From the NCBI GenBank assembly GCA_035084275.1, contig CM068755.1:9548001-9612000 (forward strand): a stretch of DNA of 64,000 nucleotides. The letters are read 5' to 3'. The position numbers and the translations under genes are program-made. The stretch comes from Hydrolagus colliei (Eukaryota). Positions 36,001-48,000 of the stretch are shown here, piece after piece. The notes under the pieces are model-generated. The model worked only from the letters and a program-made list of their open reading frames with translations, searched no databases and had not been told where the DNA came from. Positions within the stretch are counted from its first letter, which is position 1, and each line of letters starts with the position of its first letter.

Positions 36001-39000
36001 TTGTCTTAGAAATCCCAATTAATGCAAGCATTTATCTGCCAGGATATTTGACTGAGAATAGTCCATTAGAGTTTACCCTCTTCATCCTTTCTCTTTTAAT
36101 TATCTCTGTGCTTTGAATGGAAGCCTATTGGGATAATTGAGTTGAGTTAGTTTTTCTTCTGACCTTGTCTGAATAAGTGTGGTTGGAACACAAGAAAAAT
36201 TAGGTTCTTTACTGGAAGAGAAGGGAGTTATTCAGGTAAATACTCTTGCACTGTGAATTTACTGTACTACCTGAATGGCTCTTGTTATTAAGGTCTAATA
36301 ATGTAGATTTTAAACCTAGATGTGAATTGGTAGACATAAAATCCAAGACTCATTAAATGTAATCAATCTTCTCAAGACTTTGGAAACACTTTCCAAAATT
36401 GATAGGAACAAAGCCATGCTCATTTTCAGCTTAAGATTTCCAAATGGGAGTTATCTGGCATTTTAGTACTTAAAGTAATAACATTTTGTACAAAATTGAT
36501 TTCAAAATAGCAGAATGCTGTTTGTGGACAGTGGAAATAGCCTGATATTTCTCATTGGTATAATTCAGCGAGGGGGTGAGGAAGGTTTGCGAAGTAGTTA
36601 CTGTATGTTCCTTCAAATTTTAGACCACTGTTTTATTTGAGTATGAATCATTTAGTACCACAGTTCAAGGATGATAATTTTTTGTATTCTTGAGGCTGAA
36701 ACTTTAATTTAATTCCCCTTTTGCCCTTTTCCAATTCATTTTCGCTACACATTATTCATGGCGGGGAAGACACGCCGATTAATTAATTTAAGTAAAGGCT
36801 TGATATTGTAACTGGAAGAAGGTGGTAGGTTTGATATTGAAAGACGAGATCAAATGGCTGAAGGGTCTTCTTATATTCTGAATTATCTTGTGATCTGTTC
36901 CAAGGATTTTCAATCCATAAAATTGGCTCCCAGGTGATGCATAGCTGGAAGCCAGGGATACATTATTCCACTCATTCCGTTTCCTTTATCATCTGAAGTG
37001 TCTGTCTGCACACCTAACAATGGCTTGGCTAAGATTGCAATACAAACTTTAGATTGCACCCTTCCTCTCTAATGCTGAAGCAAGCTGTTACTGTAACATG
37101 TTACTTCGCAGCAGTAATTTTTTTTTGTCATTGCATCAAATGCATTGTGTAGGGCTAAAGTAAACTACAGACACTGTTAAGCCTGTGCATATGGGAGGAA
37201 AGGAGGAATCGATTGCTTTTGAGGTTGGAGCAGAGAGGGAAAAGAGCATGAGGAGTATTTGGGCCCAAAACATATTGAAGGCTGACTCTGGATTATTAAA
37301 TGGTGAAGGGTTGGCGATAATCTTGGTGCTGTCAGGTTCAACAATCAACAATGTTGATTGTTGAACCTGCTCTATTTTTTTTCAAAACAATCTTATCATA
37401 TTCCAGATGGCTGGCCAATAGTTTTGAAAAAAAAATGAATAGAAAGCTTGTGACTTTGCTAACTGAATTGTTTGGAACAAGCTTTTTTTAAAAAAATCTA
37501 CTTGAAGCACTCTGAGACACCGTCCGGCGTGGAGGGCGCTATACAAATCCAAATTGTTGTTGTTGTTATTGAGCACCAATGCATCGTTTTGCCTGGCTTT
37601 ATTTTGAGCCTTTTAAGAATGTTATCATCCCAGAAATAATAATGCAATGAAATTTACATTGATGATTGGCCTTTCAAGTCAAAGCGCTTATAAAGGCAAA
37701 TCCATAACGCAAAAGTTATCTTCAATAATTGGGGGTTAATGAGATTAACTGTCAAATTATTCATTTCAAATTAGGATTGTAGCTTATCAGGATTTCAGGC
37801 GATAATGATTGATGCAAACAGATGGTTTGTGTGCTGCCAGGTAGATGGGTTTGGAGATGGCTAAATGTTATGGAATATTTTATTGCATTCAAGCAATTTC
37901 ACAAAGCCTTATCTGTTTTGGGGGTAACTGTTTGAACTCCTATGAAGATTATGAATGAGTAGTTTTCTCAAAATAATTCATTTGGGTTTATTTTTCTTTA
38001 AGGTATCCAGTACGATGCAGAAAAGGAAGAGAAACAGTTGCAAGAAAATAAGCAGAAAGAGCTATTGAGAATTGAAGATGCCTTGCAAAAAGCAGCGGAG
38101 AAAGGTACTTGATTGAAGGGTTGGGTCCCCTCCTGTGTGGTGTGCTGAATATTTTTAAGATTTGCACAACAGCAAAGCTCATTGCTGTAGTGTGTTCTGA
38201 GAAAAATATTTTCATTAACAATTCAACAGCATCAGTAGTCCTCTGTTATGGTTCTAGAGTAACACATTATCAACATGATTGAACAAGTGATCAACAGCTA
38301 GAAGTATGTTGCAAAGACATTTATTAACTTCTGTGATGATTTGATCTTTGGTCTTACTGGAAGATGTAGTGCTTTTTATCTACCTAGTTTAGCAGTCACA
38401 CTGAGCCATAAATATCCCAAGGTTAGTGGTATATTGAGAATGTTTTTGCAAATTTCTTATTTTAAAGGATGCATTGTTTTAATATAACATTCACATTCTA
38501 CTCTGATTATCCAGTGTGTTTTATATCCTTTATTCACTTATGATAATATGCATCCTGTCCAGTTTCATTCTGAATGAAAGAATTGCCACACAGCCAACAA
38601 ACTGTATCAACCACTTGCTATCTTTTTTTTACATATCATATTTCACAAGACTGAATTAGAAGTTTTTTTAAGGTAGTTGATAAAATAACTGGAATGTAAC
38701 AGAGCTGCAAGAGTATGTTATTTATTTTGGAATTAATCAAGTATAGGAACCCATTTTACAATCTTTGAAAGATTTAAACGGTATTCATTCATAAAGTAAT
38801 TTGCAATTAGGTAATTCTCTATGCCATACAAAATTTACTTTATCTTTTGATCGCCCATTAAGATTACCCTTTACTTGATAAGGTGTCTTGGAGATGGTCC
38901 TTTGCCTTTGATGCTTTCGTTTTGTGAAGTTACTGTCCCAAATGTCTCATTTAGATCCAATCTGAGTAACATCATTTTAATTTGGGTTTGTAGAATTGTC

Positions 39001-42000
39001 TATCAGTTCTTTGCCAGTTTCCCAAGGTAAGGCTTTTAAAACTAAAGAGCACAGGAAATAAACAGTAATCAATGTGGATTTAGAAGGAGTTTGCCTTCTG
39101 AAGGAGTATGAACAAGAATGATTTGAGGAAATTAAGCAGGAAGCTTACTGGGGGTGGGGGAAGTATAATTTCTTTCAAATTTCAGAAGGCATTCGATAAA
39201 AGGTCTTATGAGCTTTTTTTTAAAAATAGGTCCAAACTTACCAAATTAATTGTTGGAAAAAAAAGTGGTTTAGCAATAAGGAACAGAAGGTGCTAAATAG
39301 AATACACAACCAGTTCTTCATTTGGGAGTTAGAGACTTAAAGAGTTTCACAAAGGTCCATTTTGGATTTCCTCCTGATCACACTGATTATGAATTACTTG
39401 GAGGAGAATATATTTAATATTGTGAAATATGCTGGGCCAATTAAATAAATGAGTGAAAAGTAACTGTTTGATGGATGGAATTTATTGCAGATAAATGTAA
39501 GAAACAAACAAATTTAACCAATAACCTAAATATGTATTGAGTGGATGGTGTAAAAATAAAGAAAGAAAGAGGTTTGGGTGAATTATTAATGATTCATGTC
39601 TGTAAAATGATCAGCAAAGCTGGTGAATACAAATTTGCATTTGAAGAGCTTTTGACGAAATCGGAAGAAGTTATTTTTACTTGTATGTGGACACACAAAT
39701 ATATAGGAACGTAAAATCTATCTAGCTGAGCTGAAAGTAAGGCAACATGAATTGCCTCTTACATCCCTCAATCAATGTGGAACTCCATCCCGCAGCCCCT
39801 CTGCCTTGCTTCCTCCCTTTCCTCCTTCAAGACCTTCCTCTTCGACCACGCCTTTGGCTGCCCCACCAACTCTTCACCCTTTCCCACTCTCCTTCCCCTT
39901 CTCCCTACCTAGACCCGACCCTCCCCCCCCCCCCCCCCCAATTGGGTCCCGACCTGACTGTTCAGTGCTTTAGGACGTCCTCCCGACATGGAAATTTGTT
40001 GTTGTGTGAATGTGTGATGTATTTCATCAAAGTGATGGTTCTTCATGTGTGAGGTTGGACAGTGAATGGTTAGGAGTTGTTTGACTATGGGACTAATATT
40101 TAACTGTCATAATTCAATCATCTTCATGTATCTTAAGTTCAGGTATTATCATTTGGTAGAGACCAGCAGTGTGATATCAGCTGTTGTTCACTGCTTTTTA
40201 GCGGAAGGGGACCAATTCTTACAATGACCCCAAGAGTTATTAAAATCAACTAGGTATGGAGCAACGAAAGACATTGGGAGTTCTGTATTATATGGCTTTA
40301 CTGCACATGCCACTGAGCTACCACTTTTAAAAATCATATACTGTACTTCAAAATTAGTTAAAATGTCCAGTTTTTTTCTAAAAAATGCAGAAAGATAGTC
40401 CACTGGACAAATAAACTTTGAAGACCTAATTTAAATATAGCTTTGAGTACTGTTTGTTGTACATAATGTTACTTGTATCTGTTAATGCTGCGTGCTGGGA
40501 TGAAGGTACCCCTTCAGGAGAATTTTTGTTTGCCCTGGAAAGCTATGTTTATAAAGACGTCAAGCCTGGTAGGTAGAATTCGAATTAAAGTATTTTTCCT
40601 CTCATATTAAAACTTGGAGAAGCTGTTAACTTACGTTTTTTTTATTATATGTACGAGTGTGTTTTTAAAAAATAAAGAAATGTAAAGCTGAACTACCTTT
40701 CTGTGACTGAAGAGAGCTTCGCTTGTCCATTCAAGGGCAGGACACATCATAATAATGGTTTGTAGGTGCAAAAATATTTTCACCCACGAATATACAGTCA
40801 ATTCACTTTACAGTATATTATGTGAAGCATTTTGAGATGTCTAGAAGACTTGAAAAGCGCTATATCAAATGCAAGGATTATTATTATTTATTATATTATT
40901 ATTTTCCTGTGCAACAATTGTAAGATTTTTTTGTAGCTCTCTTGTCTGTTGTTTTGTAAACTAAGGATTAGTTTTGCTTTCCAAAACATTTCTCCCATAT
41001 TACCTATATTATTAGATGTGTTTATGCTGCCTTTTAACTGCATTTGCTGGGGTGGGGGTGGCGGTTGGGGGTACAATGAAATTATTTTGAAAACTCTACT
41101 TTTTTGTGCTGTAGAATTTTCCACCAAGTCACCTAGCAACCAACATGCATGTCAGATACTTTGTGCAATTAGATACACTATATAAGAGTGCGCCGCTTTC
41201 TAAACCAAAATAATCGTTCTAAATTGAATTGGGAGCAATTGAAATTTTGTTCTTTTGTGACTTTGGATTTTGTGCAGGATGACCTAAATGTTATGATGCC
41301 ATTACAAGGACTAACTTTTTTTTAGTTAATTGGGTAGATATCATGACTTTTCAGTCACCCTGTATTTGCTTTCATTGAGGCTATTTTTTGTGTAGCCTCC
41401 AGTATTTTGTTATGTTACTTAGATCCTGTAATGTGAGATTGTTGCCGATGTTGAACATTTATGCCAGGTGGCAATAATGAGTGAACTCTATTGCACAACT
41501 TGAATTCTTGTTAAACAGAGGACTCTAGTGACATCCACCCGGGTTATACACCAGAAAATAAATAGTCTGTGCGTATGGTATTTATGATAGGCATTGGCAA
41601 CACGATAGGTAAAACCCTTGGATTTCTAACCACAACATGACTGCAAGTTGATGCTTTTAAAGCCCTCTTCTATTTAATAGAATAAAATTGTCTAATCAAA
41701 CAGAGTCTGCAGAGACTGAAGTAAATCCTCCTTGACCTAATTTCGGTACCATCTAATTTGGTGTGTGGATGGCATTTGTACCAAGACCAGAAAGCCATGG
41801 AGAAAATGTGCGGAGCACAGCTTGGAGTATGGCTGGAAAGTCACCCAGCCAAAATGACTTGGTGTGCATTTGAGAGCACTCACTGGCAAGCTTTCTGCAG
41901 CTTATCCAGCGAAGACCAACCTTTTAGGGTTTTAGCTTCCAGAGTGAATAGGACATGAATGGAAAGAATCCCTGGTCGCTGGCATGTCCCTCCCAAGTTC

Positions 42001-45000
42001 TGCCACTCCCGAGGCTTGCTGATGAGTCAGGCTGGATGGTCTATCATCAGCAGTGTCTTGGAATTCCGTGGCCCTGCCTGGCTCAGGAACCAGACCAATG
42101 CCCAGCATTCCTTTGGGAATAGCACAGCCAGCTCAGTCCCAAGGTGACCCCGCTTACTTCACTGATGGATGGCACTGCCAACAATGCAATACTGTATTTG
42201 AAATGTTAGCTCAAATTTCCAAGTCTCAAACTGGGATTTGAACCTGCAGCTTTATGAGGTGAGAGTGCAATGTTCAATGAGCCAAGGTGACACGTTTGAT
42301 TTGGAATAATGTTTCTGAGATAAAATGGCTTTCTTTGATCCTTTAAAAAGAAACCTCGGTTTTGGCTTCTTTAATCAATGCGGGTATGGAAGAGAATGGA
42401 ATGTATCAAAAATCCATTGATTGAGTACACTCCGCAGCATTTGTGAAGAAAAGTGAACAGATGACTCTTTTCAAAGTCTTGCAGCTTTGGTCCGAAAGCA
42501 AGATCAGCATCACAGTTGTGCAATGGTTTCAATGTACAATAGTTTGATAAAAAGTGGCTAGATTGACCTGCAGTTTTTGTTAATTAAGATGTCAGGAAAT
42601 ATTTGTTTGCACAAAATGGTATTCAACAGCTGGGATGGGATATCAGAAAGAGCAGTTGAGGCTGGGTTGCTGAAATTTGTCTTCTGAGAAGGCACTTGAA
42701 GGTTGGTATTCTGAAAGGATTAGATCTGATGAGTTAAAGGAATTTAATCCATCCAATTCTTTTACATGAAAGAATAATACTCCAGTACTTTTGTGGCCAT
42801 TATATCAACTTTGGGTCTCAGTCATTTTAAACAAACTCTGCTACAATATTTTAGTATTGGTGCACTACCACAACTCTCAATATTTATGTTATTAAGCTTA
42901 CAAAATAAGCAATTACTTTGTTTGAATATACATATATGTTTTGTGCTGGTTAGCAGACCATTTCTTTCTAATGCTGCAATTTCTAACTCTTACTAATATC
43001 TTTTATCCTCTTCTCGCTTTTGCTTGCTTGCATTGCTAAGGACATAAGCATAAAAAGTCTAAAAAACATTTTAAGAAATCAAAAGCACAAGCACGTTTGA
43101 AAGGTATGTATTAAAATTATGCTTCATTTATTATATAGCTGCAACATAAGCATTCTTTCTCTTTGATTTTCATGTGATACTATTCCAAATACTTTGTATC
43201 ACCCATTCCTGGGGGACGTTAGAATACTTACTTTGCCTACTTTGTTAATGATTGCATTGACTTTGTTGCAAAACTAGTTAATTCTATATTTATTCTGATA
43301 CTGAACTAGAGCATAAAGTAGAGTGCAACTCCTTTTATAATTTTTTTTGCATTAGGAAAAAAACAAGGCTATAATCAAGTAATCCCATGTTGTGTAAAGC
43401 ATGATGGATGTTAAATTAGAGCGAGATGCTTAATTCTATGCTGGATCAATATTTGGAGCTCTTTGTCACTCAAGGTCATTGAAGTGAGAAATAATTTGGA
43501 TAAATACTGAGCTTTCTTTGGAAATGTGTTATTGACATTTAAAAAAAACAACGCTGAAATATGCATTAATATAAAGGAGATATCTTGGAGGACACCTTGT
43601 AGAGTTACGTATACAAAATTATAAATTGAATTGAAAAAACGAATGCAGAACAATACACCAAGAAGGTAGAACGAGTGGACACTTTTAGAGTTGCAAAAGG
43701 CAATTTTAGGGCTAACAACAGGATGTTTTTCTTTATTAATGACTGGTGCAGATTGTCAGGTAGCTTTTTAAATAAAAGAAATGCTTGATTCTATGATGGG
43801 GAAAAGCAAAGTATATATTTTCTGGAATGGTGAATGTGCTGAAGGTGCTTACGAGATTCATTACGAGATTCATTCAATTACGAGATTCATCCAATCTCGT
43901 AATCGTAAAATCTTACAGCACAGAAGGAGGTCATTTGACTCCTCGTGTCTGTGCTGGCTCTTTGAAAGCTATCCAACTCTTCCCACTCTCCCGCTCTTAC
44001 CTCATAGCTCCACAAATCTTTCCATTTCACGTACCTATCCAATTCCCCTTTGAAAGCTTCTATCGAATCCGCTTCCATTGAATGATTGTCGAATGTGATC
44101 TTATGAATGATTGTTGGTTGCCAAAACAATTCATTTATGTTATCCAAGGTGTCACAAATTATTTGTCATGGCAATGATGACTCCCAAGAAACTTCATCCT
44201 GCGTACACGATCAGGTTTTCATGCACTAATGTCAAAGCTGGAGGGATTGTTTGTCTGTTTTGCCATAGCTTCTAATGTTACTTTACACTCTGAGCATGTT
44301 CCAGGTATTTCAGTTTCATGCTTTCCTTTAATAAATGGATTAGCATCATATTGAGAAATTCACCTTAAATTATTCTGATGCAGTCAAACCAAGTTGATTC
44401 AACTAGGTTTCTTAGTTTTATTATTTAAAAAAAACATGAGTGAAATCTGTAGATTTCTATTTGTGTGCATTTAATATAATCATGGCACTTGTTGAAGTAG
44501 CAAGTAAGGCCAGTGAACTTTGTGTATGGGTTGCCTGATCTAATACCTCTTTGCTGGATTTGATTAAATTTGTTGGAAGATATTCTCCAACATTATCATG
44601 TTTTTCAGCAGGTCTCTGGCAAAAATGCTCTACTTTCTCTTATTTTTTACTTTATAAGAAAACATGAGTGTCGTGTATACAGGTTATTGCATCCATGTTC
44701 ATGTGATCTGAGGATTTAATGTTTCAAACCTTATTATTCTATCATCAATATTTTGCGGCCTGGTTTGTGATTTGATTATTTAAGCCATATTTCAGTGTTC
44801 TTGTTGATATGATCAAGTTTACTGTTGCACCTCCAGAAACAGATATCATAGAATCATAGAATTTTACGGCACAAAAGGAGGCCATTCGGCCCATCTAGTC
44901 TGTGCCGGCTCTTTGAAAAGAGCGATTCAATCCCACTGCCCTGCCCGCTCCCCATAGCCTAATAGACCCGTTCTCCCTAAATAAAGATCTAATTCCCTTT

Positions 45001-48000
45001 TAAAAGTTGTTATCGAATCAGCCTCCACCACCTTTTCAGGCAATGCATTCCAGATTCGAACAACTCGCTGAGTGAAAAAAATTCTCCTCAGCTCCCCTCT
45101 ACTGTGCCTTGAAACTATTTTAAATCTGTGACCACGAGTCACAGATTCACCCACGAGTGGAAATAGTTTTTCTCTATTTGCCCTGTCGAAACCCCTCATG
45201 ATCTTATAAACCTCTATTAGGTCTCCCCTCAATCTTCTCTGCTCCAGAGAGAATAACCCTAGCCTATCTAGCCTCTCCTCATAGCTGAAGTCCCTCAATC
45301 CTGGCACCATCCTAGTAAATCTTCGTTGTACCCTTTCCAATGCCTTCACATCCTTTCTGTAGTGTGGTGACCAGAATTGAACACAGTATTCCAGCTGAGG
45401 CCTCACCAAAGTCCTATAGAGGTTAGTCAGCACTTCCTGACTTTTGTACTCTATACCCCTATTTATAAAGCCTAGTATCCCATATGCCTTCTTAACAGCC
45501 TTGTCTACCTGTCCTGCCACCTTCAACGAGTCACTAACACAAATCCCCAGGTCTCTCTGTTCCTTTACACCATTTAAAATTGTACTATCTAGCCTATATT
45601 GCCTCCCTTCATTTCTTCTCCCAAAATGCATCACCTCACACTTCTCTGCATTAAACTTCATCTGCCATGTGTCTGCCCACTTTACCAATTTGTCTATATC
45701 CTCTTGCAGATGGCTACTATCCTCCTCACTGTTTACTATTCTCCCTAACTTAGTGTCATCTGCAAACTTGGAAACTGTACTCCGTACACCCAAGTCCAGA
45801 TCATTGATGTAGATTACAAACAGCAATGGTCCCAAAACCGATCCCTGTGGCACACCACTGCTCACTTCTCTCCAATCTGAAAAACAGCCGCTCACTACAA
45901 CTCTCTGCTTTCTGTCTCGCAGCCAGTTGTGGATCCACGCTGCCACTGTCCCTTTTACGCCATGGCCTTTAATTTCATAATAAGTCTCTTGTGGCACTTT
46001 GTCAAATGCCTTTTGAAAGTCCATGTAAACTAATTATAGTTTCAGTTTCAAGCAGTATCTGCTTGAAACTGAAACTATAATTAGATTTAGGCAGGACACA
46101 TGATTTCCGCTGTGTGTACTGTTAAAGCAATAACATCACAAAGATCGTGGGTGGTGACTTTGTTACATTTGAAGCTTGACGGTTGCTTTAGGCTTTTGAA
46201 GCTTGATGGTTTCTTTAGCATATGACGTAAAATGGGACATTAAAAGCTGAAGCACACTGTGTGCACACACAAGTCCTTGAAGTTGAAGATGTTCACTTTT
46301 GTTTTTTTTAATTAACCTTTCAGATAAACCCAAAGAAGAAAAAAAGGATACTTTTGTGGAAAAGCTTGCAACTCAAGTCATTAAAAACCTGCAAATTAAA
46401 ATAACAAGCATTCATGTGAGATATGAAGATGATGTAAGTAATTGATGCCTGTTGACCTGAAAGCTCTTTGTATAATTGCATCTTTTATGTCAATTCTAAT
46501 TTAGGTGGAAAATATGCACAACGGGATTGGTTTATTATGAGTACAGGTTTCATTGCCTGACTAGAAAATCCGTTCTAGTAGGTAGTTTAAGTTTGTGGTT
46601 GAATTTTTTTTTAATCTTTCAGATTACAGATCCCAACAGACCCATCTCTTTGGGTGCCACTCTAGGGGAACTTAGTTTGCTGGTAAGAAACAAAAATCAA
46701 GTTGTTTTTTAAATCTTAAAAAAAGTTTGTTTCAAGTTGAAGCTATTCTACATCTATTGATTATGACGATAATGCAATTACAGTAAAAGCCCATTTATCC
46801 AGCACCCTTGAGACCTGGTCAATACCACTTAAAGCACATGCCGGATATTCGGTCGAAAACGCAAAAATAAATAATAATTTAATGCATTTATCTGGATAAA
46901 TTCCGGTTAATCGAATGCGGACCTTTTTTTTTGTGATGCCGGTTATACGGAAGTTACAGTGGATTGGGTGCCGGATAAACAGGCTTTTACTGTATGTAAC
47001 TTTTCAAGTGTTCTCGGGGCAAGGAATCAGAAAGAGGCCTTTGATCCCATTGAGCCTATTCTGACAGCATTGGTCCCATCGGCTGTTCAGGTGGACGTCA
47101 ACAACTGCAAAATTGGCTGCTTCATTTGCCTATAAAATAAGTGGAATTAACTGGCTTTTAAGTGTATTTCCTTGTATTTCGTGGCAATTTTTGTAATTGA
47201 ATCACCGGATGGTGCAAATAGGACTATATGGTCCCACCCTCTGGAACTCAATCCAAGAGTCCCTATGGCCTCGCCTTGTCTTGTCTCCTTCAAGGCCCAT
47301 CTCAAGACCTTCCTCTTTCTCTGTCATCTTCCCATCTCCACCTGCCTCTGCAGCCCTCACCCCTCTCAAATCCAATCCCCATCTTGGGTGCAAACCCAAA
47401 GTTTTAGATTGTATTCTCAAGACATGATAGCACTGTTAAAATGTTTTGAGAATGTTATAAAGTTTGCAAAAAAAAATTGTACTTGCATGTGGAATAGATG
47501 GCTGACATCAGCAGGTGAGCAGATTGCATTGCTTTCAGTTCAGTGGTACATGAAACGGAAGGAGTTATTAAACCTTCCCAATTAGAGTGCTCGATATCTG
47601 AATGCTACACCATTTAAACAAGGTAATCTGTTTGTTCCTAGTTGGAACCTCTTTATTAATCAGTAACCGAATGGTCCAGATGGCAGGTAGGAAAGGATTG
47701 CAGCAGAGAAGACTGGGAATTATTGTACAATCGAGCCATTAAGTGAGCAGCAGCAAATTGCGTGTCTTAAATATTTAGAAGAACAAACTGTCCCTGCAGT
47801 GTCTTTTAGTGACTTGTAAAGCTGTCAATTTATTGCAGTTAAAGTTAAGACTACACTCTGTGACCTGAAGTCCTTTCCGCTTCCCTTGAGGCTAAAAGGA
47901 AATATAAGCTGGACCCTTTTTCTCCGTTGATTCCAAATACTCAAATGTACATTATCTTATGGCTGAAATGGAGTACCTGCAACCTTGTGTAAAATGGAAT

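Noticed and set aside
45444-45812. 122-aa + strand ORF
   Set aside because: Antisense shadow of the CR1 RT.
37333-46084. Hairpins at 37333 and 46030 as pre-miRNAs
   Set aside because: Perfect stems with 1-3 nt loops, one at a transposon junction, and no mature miRNA that I recognise. Fold-back duplication is a better explanation.
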